A stretch of 64,000 bases of DNA, from NCBI GenBank assembly GCA_046563655.1, contig CM102290.1, positions 10,168,001 through 10,232,000 of the forward strand. The letters are read 5' to 3'. Shown here one piece after another: positions 26,290-37,311 of the stretch (the stretch's first letter is position 1; each line of letters opens with the position of its first letter). The notes under the pieces are model-generated. The model saw only the letters and a list, made by a program, of their open reading frames with translations, searched no databases and was not told the origin of the DNA. Source of the stretch: Yuukianura sp. NJ FZ-2021. Lineage: Eukaryota. A program made the position numbers and the translations under genes.

Positions 26290-27120
26290 CCGTATTTTCG
26301 CGTCTATAATACGCTCCCGTGTATAGTACGCAGTCTCAAAATTTACTAAAACTGGGGTTGGGCGGGAACAACGCGTTTTAAGCTTCCCAATATAAGTATA
26401 ATTCATTTTTCTGGACACTTTTTTTTTAATTTGAATGTACGCATTTAATTTATACTTTTGACCTTAACTAACGATGGATCCTAAACAAAAGGTCTCACGA
26501 AAATCGTACACCGCTGAGTTCTACCTTAGTTTGTCGTAGAGCTGCATTAATTGGTAACCGTAGCGCTACTCGAGAATTTCCAATAAGCGAAGCAAACGTC
26601 CGGTTTTGGAGAAAAAGTGAGTCGACTTTTTCTAAAACGTAAGCTTAAAACCACGGATGACAGGGACTTCCGTAAGGTACGGGACTCTTTCAAATTTGAA
26701 ATCAACGTTAACCAATTCTCATTCAAACTTATGGAATGTACGCTACACTCCATGCCAGGGCTTTGGCACAACTGAAAGGAATTACCGGAGTTTTGCGCGG
26801 GTGATGGTTTAGTACGACGGATTCATGAAAAGAAACAAGTTTTCAATACGATAAAGGACTGCGGTTGGTCACTTCCGGCGGATTGGTTAGAAAAGCTAGA
26901 GATTTTTCGGGCGTGTACGTGGCCGAAAAAAATGCTCGCGGGTCAATCTCTCCAAAAAGTTACGTTTAATTTAGGTTAGATTAGTTTAGGTTTAGTAGCT
27001 AAACCATCATCACGTTCTACAGTGAACAATTTTCTTTGATTTCAAAATAAAAAAAAAATTCTCGCCAAAATTCCTTGAAATTTCATAGATAATACGCGTA
27101 TTATAGACGGGAAAATACGG
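26290..27120 (+). mobile_element. Internally deleted, decayed pogo-like (Tc1/mariner superfamily) DNA transposon
   Basis: 25-bp TIRs CCGTATTTTC(G/C)CGTCTATAATACGC with TA flanks. Frameshifted remnants MDPKQKVSRKSYTAEF...GNRSATREF.ISEANVRFWRK (Brinker-type DNA-binding domain) and RFMKRNKFSIR..LPADWLEKL (CENP-B HTH). No DDE domain remains. Confidence 0.88.
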
Positions 27121-27523
27121 TAATAAAACCAAACATTCTCGTTTCAAACACTTATTCCAAAAAATTTCAGAAAAAAAATGTCTTGAAAAAGTTTTAGAAT
27201 CATTCAGAAAGAAGACACTCCCACAAAAAAAAAAGATTGAAAGTGGAACTCATTTTTTGTTCATTCAACTCGAAGTTCAAAATCAAATTTCAAGAATTTG
27301 GCAACTTCAAATTAATTTCTCTTGCCATCTCTTGTCTGCTAAGCGTGAGAGTTTTATTCTTGTCATTCGGTTTTTTTCAAATTGAAAAGACTGTTTTTCA
27401 TAAAAAACAAGTTCCATTGGAAGTAACCCAAATGAGCATGGGTGGGCACATAATATACTGTACACACAATGGTAAGTTTCCCTGAAATTATCCTGTCATC
27501 CTATGACAATATGTACAGATCTG

Positions 27524-27620
27524 TAATATATAATTATAACTTATATATAATCAATCATATATATATATATAATCATATCATATATCATATATTATCATAA
27601 TCAATATATATATAATCAAT
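27524..27620. repeat. AT-rich low-complexity/microsatellite (TA, ATCAT)
   Basis: ATATATATATAATCATATCATATATCATAT... Confidence 0.75.
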
Positions 27621-27988
27621 TTGTCATACCAATGTCAATACGTGGGGCAAATGGAGATACAATCTACGCAGAAACTGTCCATCTCCATCATCTCTTCTGT
27701 GTATACTGTATATTACGCAATCAATTATTATAGTATCAATTAATGCATTATACATATTATCTAAAATTATTACATTGCGAGTTTCAGTATAGAAGCAAAT
27801 CCAAACTGGAGGGCGGTGATGAGAAGAGGGTGCCCAAGTGTGTGATTTCCATCTGAAGAACACAATTGAATAAAAATCTCCATAATTGATGGTGTGTCAT
27901 CTAATTTCTTTATATTCTTCTCAAAAATCCATTTTTAAAATTACGAGCACTTTTTCAGAAAAAAAAGTTTTCCATTTTGAACAATACC

Positions 27989-28054
27989 CACGTGGAGATG
28001 TGGAGGAAAAGACGTTCCTATAAATATGAATGGAAGTGGCGTCGTTAGCAGTCA
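27989..28054 (+). promoter_or_regulatory. Putative natalisin core promoter: E-box, TATA and Inr
   Basis: CACGTG at 27989, TATAAAT at 28019-28025 and Inr-like GCAGTC ~30 nt downstream, 150 nt before the ATG. Confidence 0.55.
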
Positions 28055-28198
28055 TTCCAACAGTCGCTTCAAAGAGGATCAACCCTCTGATCTTATCAGT
28101 GGACTTGACCTTTGACTCCTCAATTCATCATTTCAAAATTTAAATCTTTTTGGAAAGAATTTTTTCAAAAAGTTGTCAGTTGAATTAGAATACTCAAC

Positions 28199-28753
28199 AT
28201 GAGGCAGATCCTGGTTATCGTTGTTGCGATTTTTCTCGTGACAGTGATCAGAGACGCTATCGGAGAACAGCTTACCGTCAGAACTCGAAGTGATACGCAA
28301 GACGTGAGCTCATTCACTTTTTTTTTCAAAATTAATAAAAGAATATTTTTGAATTTTTTTTTTGGTTGAAATTTTGAAACCTAGGCTGCTAATAGTGCAT
28401 CACCATTTTGGGCTGCTAGAGGGCGGCGGTCACTGTGTCCATACGACTCAGAACAGGACTGTGATCCACGAAACGGTACGTGTCCGATTTGGTCGAATTG
28501 TGATCCCATGAGCTAAAACTGTACTTTTGGTTTCTGCATAGAAATTGGTGACGAGGAAGCTTTGTCGCAGAGACGTGAAGCCCGGGAAGATCGGCGTGAA
28601 CGTCCTAGTTTGGGAATGGAGGAGAAGCGACTGCGCAGTCTGGGCGCTTTGTTTCAAGCATTTCTTCAAGGTCAACAGCAGCACATCAAGCGGCAGATGA
28701 CCTTTGACCCCAAAGCTGACCCCAACGTACCCTTCTACCCGGCGAGAGGTTGA
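28199..28753 (+). CDS. NTL: Natalisin precursor, 135 aa; exons 28199-28303, 28385-28475, 28542-28753
   Basis: Signal peptide MRQILVIVVAIFLVTVIRDAIG. Peptides ...SDTQD|AANSASPFWAAR-GRR and KR-QMTFDPKADPNVPFYPAR-G* both have the PFW/YxxR-amide natalisin C-terminus. Introns are GT-AG and phase-consistent. Confidence 0.88.
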
Positions 28754-30433
28754 ACCCCTTAAGGTCAACCTAACCTTACACATCCTTACTCATTGAAATT
28801 CCAGTAGTTAGCTTTAAAAGCACAATATACAAAACTTCAAAAAATTGAAAAAAAAAATCAATGCCGAAACCGGTATGAAAAGATACCACACAACTTGTAC
28901 AAATCTAGTTTTCACGAAATCAGACATTTTCTAAATTTTTCTTTGAAAAATCCAAGGAAAATTGAGGAACTTAAATTCTCCAAACGACCTGCAGCCATAC
29001 TGTTGCCACTTGCCACCCGTGGGCTACGATAGCGTTGCCACCTTTGAATTGGTTAGCATAAAAGCAAGCGATGGTGGGTATCAAGTGTGTTTACGTTGCA
29101 GCACCATGCAGCCACTCATAATAGTAGTCACAGCGTCGTTATACACTGTAAGGATACAAGGGTTCATTTTTCCGACCTAAAATCCTAATCCTAACCTTGA
29201 CAACAAAGTTAGAGTAAAATGGAAATTGAACTGGAGTTTCCGAATTGAATTTGGCAAATTTCCAAATTTAAATTTATAGTTTGACTTTTTATTTTTGATC
29301 CTTTGTTTATTTCGAAAAAGTTGCGTTGCTAATAGCAATTTCGATGACTGAACGCAACTGTACGGAACGAATCGGACTAAATGGTACAGCGTAGTTCAGT
29401 TATTAGTTAAAAGAAAAGTTGGAAAACAGACCAACCTGAACTTTAAATTAGTGTACATTTGACCACCAAATCCTGAAATTGTACCCAAAGTTCAATTTCT
29501 TTGATTTTTAATGCAGTTTGGATATGTACAGTGTTGCCGCTTTTCGTAAAAATTTTATTCGGGTGGGTCGCAGCCCGTGCCGACCCAACCTTCTGTCACT
29601 GCGACTTTGTCAATTGTACTAGCATTTTCTTTAAATATTTCGAATTAATGCTTTAGTATTTTTGCAAAACTAGTGACTGTTTTAAAAACTAGACAAAATT
29701 TGGCATCGACTGATATCAGATTCGCCAGCAAATCCGTTTGCCAACACTCGGAAATCAGGGATTGAAAATTAAAACTTGTACCATATCTTCGGCTACGAGG
29801 CCAAGGACGGAAACCCCAACGACGCAACGTTGCGAAATTACGTTTTCTGTTGATTAAAAGAAAGATCCACATCCACAGCTAGGCATTACGATTTCAATCA
29901 AAATATTTTTTGTTAATTTCGTTATTTTCTTATCAGTAATTAATTTCGCAGTAACGTAATAAGTTACGGGAACACACATTCCGCCTAATTTTCCCTGTAA
30001 CTGATTCTTGGTTGAGAAAATGCAATCAACAAAGGATCAAAAATAAAAAGTCAAACTATAAGAATTACATGCGCCATAATCCTTTTTCATTTTTTTTTGC
30101 GAGTGGGCAGACATACAAGGTTTCAGCTGTAGCAAAAGTATATTTGGAACAAAACTTTTTGGCCAAGCACAAGCAGGCTACGAAAGAGTCACTTATTTGA
30201 CACCTTCTACAAAGACTCTTGTTTTCCCAAGGGTCGAAACTTTTGCGTTGGTCTTCAAAGAAACTGGAGGTAGATTTTGAAATTGAATTTTCAAAATTTT
30301 GCAAAGCCAAAACCAAAGGATAGACACAAGGTTGTTTCTTGATGTGATGTTCCATAATTTCAAATCTTAATTACAAATTGGACAAAGTTCTACTGACACA
30401 TACGGTCAGTCCTTGGAGACAATGGCAGTCACC

Positions 30434-30548
30434 TATAAAACCAATGCCGCCACACCATCAGGTCCGCATTCCTTACAGATCCGTGTTTCGCAAAGGTCGT
30501 TGACCTCTACAACGCAGGTCACACATCATACATCTCTAGTACCAAAAC
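30434..30548 (+). promoter_or_regulatory. Putative kinin TATA promoter and first non-coding exon
   Basis: TATAAAA at 30434-30440, Inr-like GCATTC ~30 nt downstream, donor C|GTAAGA at 30548/30549. A second UTR exon is likely at ~30712-30779, and TTGCAG|GTCATG precedes the CDS. Confidence 0.55.
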
Positions 30549-30935
30549 GTAAGAACCTTCTTTTGGAAATTTTAAATTTCGAAATCCTTAAACTGCAAAT
30601 TTGGAAAACCAAACAATTGTTGTTCAAATGTAGTAAAATTCAAATTTTGATTCCTGAATTTCCACCTCGTATTACCTATATCTCACCTATTACCTAATTT
30701 TTATTCTGCAGGTCGTTGACCTCTGCAACTTTGGCCAAATTTCACAACCTTAGTCTTACCTCACCGATTTTCTCATACGGTAGAGAATTTTTATATAAAT
30801 TCAAAATTTCTAAAATTAGAAGAAAAAAACAAATGTAGACGAGACAAAATTTGCGATAGTAAATTTATACGAGAAATGTTTATCGATGACATCGTCTGAC
30901 CTCTGAGGTCTCAATTTGACTTAATTTTGCAGGTC

Positions 30936-31364
30936 ATGGTCGTGTTTTCCTTTTTCGTGTGGCTAGTGATGTCAACTGCTCTGGTGTCTGCTTGTTCCAT
31001 TGGCGCAAACGCCTCGAGCATACTGGGCAAAGAGATCATGGACCCAATGGACAACATGGAAGAGTCACTCATGTCAGCAGAGAGAATGTACGGAGCGGGG
31101 TTTGGACGGGGGATGGCAGTGGACGACTTGCCCACTCCTTACTACGGGGGTGGGGGTGGGAAACGGACGGGGTTTAACAGTTGGGGTGGGAAGAGAGGTG
31201 GGGGTGGGTCTGCAGATGACTTGGCCAAAATATACGGGCTGCTCAGTCGAAGATTCAATTTGGTCAGTGGAACTGGCGGGAAGCGATCCGTGCCAACGGA
31301 AATTCGAACGTCTGTTCCAGCCACACGGCGTGAACCACTCTTCTCTTCTTGGCGGGGAAAGTAA
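30936..31364 (+). CDS. Lk: Kinin (leucokinin) precursor, 142 aa, single coding exon
   Basis: Signal peptide MVVFSFFVWLVMSTALVSA. KR-TGFNSWG-GKR gives a canonical FxxWG-amide kinin; the second copy RR-EPLFSSWR-GK* is a variant. Confidence 0.9.
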   Translation: MVVFSFFVWLVMSTALVSACSIGANASSILGKEIMDPMDNMEESLMSAERMYGAGFGRGMAVDDLPTPYYGGGGGKRTGFNSWGGKRGGGGSADDLAKIYGLLSRRFNLVSGTGGKRSVPTEIRTSVPATRREPLFSSWRGK

Positions 31365-31890
31365 AGTGAAAGTTTACAAATTCAAAATTTTGAAATTGCA
31401 AACGTAAAGAAATATTAACTTGTAAGTAGAAGAACTCTATTCCTGGCGTGCTTAAAATAAAATAGAGAAACGACAATTTGAATTTGAAAAAAATTGACGG
31501 ACTGTTTGAACTTCACAATTTTATTCTACACTACTTCTCACTAACCTATGAAAGTTAGAATGAAATAAGCAATCAGATTTACATTTACCACAATGTAACT
31601 TTTACATGATTGCATTTTCCTGAAGGTAAGTCTACATGATAACACTTTACATTATGTGCATGAGCTTATATTTTAAGTCTGCCGCCAACCCACACTTTAA
31701 CCCTTCCCGTCATCTACATTTTCAAAATGGAGACTCCAGATTTACTACTTAGGTGAATGGGGACTTGTGATTGGCCATTTAAGTGTGCTCAAAAGTGCAA
31801 TTGAGTTAGGTTCACGTAGTTTCTTTCACTAAGTTAGAATAAAATTGAATCGAGGATATTTCCAGTCATGTAGAGGGGTGCAGGAGATCC

Positions 31891-32623
31891 CTAATGAATC
31901 GTTTGGAAACGTCCGGATTCCGAGTACTGTCCGAGTGATCGTTTCCCCCTGAGCCCCATGAACCCCGGGACTGGCTCTCTTTTTTCCCATGATGTAGCTG
32001 ATGACGACGACACTGCGGCTTCCTCTACGTCATCTCGGCCCCTTTTCTCTTCTTCCGAACCCCCCACCACCTCTTTTGACTCCCACCCACTTCCACCCAT
32101 CCCCTGCTCATTTTTCTTGCCTCGCATGCCCAGGAAGCCTACAGGCCCCTTCTTCCCACGCATTCCGTAAAAGTTCGTCGCTGCAGGAGCCTTCTTTCCT
32201 CGCATTCCGTAGAACCCGGCAGATGGCGCTCGTTTCCAGCCCAAGTCGAACTGGCTCGGCATCTGAAACAGAAAATCAATTGTAAGTAATGTAAACTATT
32301 ATAAATACAATATAATAAATAGAAGATGTATACATATAAAATTTCAGAGTAAATTAAGAAAAATTTCAAATTCGAAGAAAGTAAAATGAAAAAAGTTTTG
32401 AGCATAAGTGGGCAAACCACCCTCCGCAATCACCCTATTGTACCTCGTAGAAATCTTGGTAGTTTGGGTCCCCCATGCCCCTCAAGTATGGATTGATGAC
32501 TTTGTTGCCCTGTTGGTGTGCGGGGTCAAGTGCTCCAACTCTTGTGCCCTGCCCTTCCCCCAAAATGAGTAGGAGGGTGGAGATGCAGAGGGTGGACATG
32601 AAGGCAGAATCCGTCGAGAGCAT
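31891..32623 (-). CDS. Tk: Tachykinin-related peptide precursor, ~183 aa; exons 32623-32444 and 32262-31891
   Basis: Signal-like MLSTDSAFMSTLCISTLLLILGEGQG. Four FxGxR-amides are flanked by dibasic sites: APSAGFYGMR, APAATNFYGMR, GPVGFLGMR, EPVPGFMGLR. The intron (YE|MP) is phase 0 GT-AG. Confidence 0.95.
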
Positions 32624-35600
32624 GTCTTCACCCGCCAAAAGACTCCAACTCCTCGTCTGCTGCCTCTGGGAATTGAAAAGAAAGTAGAAAATCAGAAAAA
32701 ACGGAAAAAGTGTGTAAATCCATCTAGTGTTTTATTTTTCATTTCCTCTCTCTCTTTCAATTTCCAATTCTCTCCTTGGCCACTCTAAGATGTTCCCATC
32801 CATCAATAATTAAGTACTGCTCCCACTAAACAAACTGCGACCCAAAGTGACTTGGACATGACGCCATGATCAGTTCCACTTTCGCTGAAAACAGTCTAGT
32901 CTCATCCGCACCTTCGGAGAAAACCAGAGCAGCATTCCCAAACTTAATTACATTTACAACCTTTCGTAACCAGCGTCAGCCACTTTTTCAGCGGCAACTG
33001 CACCAAAATTTAAAAAAGGTATCAATGAAAGTTTAAAACCAAATGCCGAGTAGTTTGAAAGAGTATGCTGGACAGGATAATAAGTAGTGCAAATCATGGC
33101 TTATACTGAGGCAATTTACAACATCGCAAGATAATGAAAATGCGATAGGTTTGTGTTGACCTGATTCTAAGTATTTAGTATAGAAGTAATAGTTGAAGTA
33201 TTTGAGGTATTTCGTTAACTAGTAATTGATTTGTCGTTGATAAGTTATTGCAGCATTCCGTAGTCTGAAGTGTTTAGTATTCCGGTAATTGCCAAGGTTC
33301 CTTGACAACGAAAAGTTAATTTTGTTTAACAGGTTGAGTACTACCACGCTTGTTGACAAAAAAATGAAAAAACAAAACAAAAATTGGTACCAATTCGTAC
33401 TTTAAACTTTAAAAAAAATTGGTTGTATTGTTATGACTACGATGCACTGAATTGAAAAGTTGCAAAATCAAAATGACATGAGGTATTACCCAACCTGCTA
33501 AAGAAAATCAACAATCAACACACCTTATGTAATTGCAGTATTTCTTAAATATAACACAAGTAATTAAACTAATTTAACCATAATTCCAATGTTTCGTAGT
33601 TCAAAGGAAATTGTTGCATCGTTTTGTAATTTTGTGAGTCTGCGAAATTGTAATTTCTGAAAAAGTCTCCGCAATTCTTTTAATTTTTTTCCCCTTCTCG
33701 AGGGAGTTGCAAATTCTACTTCTGACTTTTTCAAAAAGTTGTTTCTGAGTTTTTGTTTGATTGGTAAAATTAGTTGATGAGTGAGATAGAACATGGGGGA
33801 GTCAAACGACAAGTACTAGCAAGGGAATCAAGTTCAAACTTTTTTTCTCGGAAATTGTTCGAAAAGTCAAAATTATCAAGTCAAAATACTTTTTTTGAAA
33901 GTTCGAAGTTTGCCACCACAGGAAGGGTGGGTCGGAGTAACGCGGTTAGCAAAAGAACTAATTAAAGAATACGAAGAATTGACGCAGTTCGTATTTGAAA
34001 AAAGTCCTTATTTCCCACAGTAGTTGAAGTGGAGCGAATTTTAAACTAATTTTTCTCGCTCCACAAATTCACTTTCTCCTTCCCAGATTACCTTAACCTA
34101 ACCACTTTTGACAAAGCCTAACGCGACCTCACAAACCGAACCTTAACAAAACCTAATCATTCTTTTACGTAATGCAATCCAAGCAAACTAACTTTCCAGC
34201 ATTTTTTTAATAAAAATATTCAAGAAGGTTTGAAATTTTTGCGGTAGGAACTAAAGGTTATTAAGGAACTACAGCTTTCAAAAATTAAAAATTTGTGTAA
34301 AACGTTTCTCAATTTTTTTGAAATATTTTGCGAGTGAGAAATGTGTGGTACTGTAAAGGTTAGGGCGGAAGTTGCATTAGCCACTCATTCTTTGTCAACT
34401 TCATATCCTAAACCTGCTTTTCTTTAGAGAAAGTTACCTTTGTGGACCATTAACAAAAGTAAATTGGAGTTGCGTGTTTTGGACACGAGAATATTTTGTT
34501 CCACTTGACATCAACCAATTGAAACACTAGTTCGCGAAAGTGAGACCGATTCAAAATTCATGCCAATTTAAATTTCCCGCTTGTAATGTAGGCATACTTC
34601 TGTCTCACTTTCCCCGCAAACTCCACAAGTGGGCAACTCCGTACAGTAACTACACTTCCAAACAATCCCCTGCCACAATTACGCGTTTTCCTGCAAATAT
34701 TTGCATTTTATCATAAAATATTTCCCGTTAACATTTAAATCTCCCGCTAGCATTTGCAAGTTCTCGCTAACATTTTTGAATTCCACCCAAAACATATCCA
34801 ATTACGATTCCCTCGAGGACCCATGTTTATTTTCCCTCAGAAATAATTGGGCAAAAATAAGAAAACCCAGATTTTTCTTCATCGCAAATTGATCTTCTTC
34901 TTCTCATAGAATAAGAATACCAAAATGTCAGGGGCAAGAGGCGGGGCATATATTTTGCCGTCCAATTAGTACTTAGTAGTTGCAGAAGCGTAACACTAAG
35001 AATGCACGAAAACAACGAAGCACATGATAAGTTTTTTGGAATTCGAATTTTTCCTCACTTGTCGATTTTTTCAAAGAGAAATCGGTTAAGCCTTAATAGT
35101 AAAAAAAAATGGAGCAAGTGAAAATCCATTCCTTCTCGGTTATGATCTTCGTTGTGTGTTTTGCAACTTCAAATTTAAAAATCGCGCAGATCCAGTTGCA
35201 ACATTTTGCTCGTGCTATTTCTCGGTAAGCTATTACCATTAACCTACTTATCTTACACAGTTCTACTCGATGACAAATCGAGTTCTCCCAATTAACTCGC
35301 TCCACCAATGGTATGAAAGGCAAAAAAACAATTCCACATTCAATCCGACTTTTCCGAGAAAAAGGGATTTCGACATTTGACCTTTTGACCTTTCGGTTAA
35401 TAACTCCGTTGAGGTGAAACTTGAATCCAATAGTTAAAAAATACAACGTAACGTTAACTCTCGTTCCATATCCCTGAGGAATTACAAAAGTCAAATCAAT
35501 TCCCTTCCACTTGTAGCCGTGTTTGCTCAGTTCGTCTTCTGGTCGTGAGAATGAATGTGAATATTTGATGTGGCGGTAAAATGGAAATTTCAATTGGAAT

Positions 35601-37151
35601 TCAATGGCTGAAGTCTGATACAGATCCCTAATCGAACAAATTCAAAATTTCAAAATTTCCTTCCAAAATGTTTGTTCCATTTCTTATGCAACTGTTTACT
35701 TCTCCAGAATCCAAACTTTCCTACTTGACTGAAATAGCTTTTCACTACAAGTAAAAGTCATTCAATCCTCCAAATTACTTTTGAAAGTATGTTACGAAAC
35801 TGTTTTCAAGAAACGTTCTTTTTGATTATTGGCGACAGTTTAGTTTTGTTGAAACCACTTTCGGAAAGTTTGAACTAAGGGTTTTAAGAGTGACTTTTGT
35901 CAAAATGGTGTTAATAAATCAAAGGGCTGGAGGTTTTTTGAGGTGTGGTTTTTGTTAACGTCCTTTGCCCTCATTCCCTGCTAAGGAGGAAATCCTGTTT
36001 AAGTTTTCATGTTTTAAGAAAACTCAAGTGAAAACTTCAAAATAAAAAGAACACCGAGGTTGGAGAAGTGAAAACTCTCTCTGCACGCACACTTCTTTAC
36101 GACTTTCACTTTGGCAAAACAACAGCATCATAAAAGGGTTAGCGAAAGTTAGCTGGGTTAACTAATCAGAAACCCACGCCTCTGATTGGTTAGTTAATTG
36201 CACTGTGATTGGGCCAGGTTCAAGTTTGGCTCAAATGCCCAATGCTTAATGTAATGATTAAATCAAATACTTGTGGTTACTTGGCAACCCCAGCATGCAA
36301 GTTTTAAAAGAAACTTGTATGCCGAGGTTGGCAACTTATGTTTTAGTGTTAAGTTTTACGTCAACAGAGTTATTAAGGTAGAATGGCATGGTGGTGATTA
36401 AAGACGAAGAGTTAAGTTAGGGTAGTTTTTTCCACCCCCATCGTGGGTTTTTGAAACCCTTAATCATGTGTGATAGTGATTGAGATTTAGGATGTTCTTC
36501 CTAAGAAGAAAGTGGGATTGACATAATCTGGCCGTGGGAGGAAGTGTCCACGTCGATTAAGGAACCACCGACTTCAAAGGAACTCCAACGTCACTTGACA
36601 GCAACAGACACTCCTCTCTGACCTAACCCTACACAGGTCAGAAGTCAACTTTAATTTAAAAAAACTAGTAGCCTCGACTTAACCTCAGCAAATTAAATCT
36701 GTCTTTCCCATTCTTTTCTTTTGTTTAAACCTACGTTTCAATTTTAATCAATAAAGTTTCAAAACCAGTTTTTTAGAAAAAAAAATTAAAGTCAAAATAT
36801 TTGCCACCTCTTATTCATCCACCGTTAAAGTTCCTCAAAGTTTTCAAAAGCTGGTCACTGCTTTTGAAAATTCGAAATTTTCAAACTTGGACATATTTGG
36901 ACACTTTGGAAAACTTTATTTTAAAAACATAGTTAATTAACTTTTAACAGTTAATTTGAAGTTTACTTAAAAATAGTTACGTGAAAACTAACTTTTCTAA
37001 ACTCAGTTTCTTTAAAAGTGAAGAATCATTTCTAAACTATTTAAAAAAAAAAGAAGTAAACTCTCCCCCTTTCACGTTTTCTTTGCTAAGAACGCTATTG
37101 AGCAGTTTGTGCCTGAATTAAAATTTTGCAAAAAGAAGAACCGAGACTTAC

Positions 37152-37311
37152 TGGATTTCGGGAGTAGTTTTAAGTTGGAAGGGTGTTAGTCTAAATTGAG
37201 TCTTCAATTGTTCGTGTATGTCCCCTGGGTTCGATTCCTAGTTGCTTCCTCTGGTTCAGTTGACGACAACCGTTGGACTTCCACGTTCCTTGAGCTGAAC
37301 ACCCTTTTATA
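37152..37311 (-). promoter_or_regulatory. Putative tachykinin TATA box and non-coding first exon
   Basis: Minus-strand TATAAAA at 37311-37305 and a perfect GTAAGT donor at 37151-37146. This could splice to the polypyrimidine/CAG acceptor near 32666, giving a ~4.5-kb intron. Confidence 0.5.

Noticed and set aside
34827..35593. Cys-loop ligand-gated channel pseudogene (FPFYRH and WIFTCSIFF resemblance)
   Set aside because: Both loop cysteines are missing and M1-M2 are not hydrophobic; the similarity is too weak to call.
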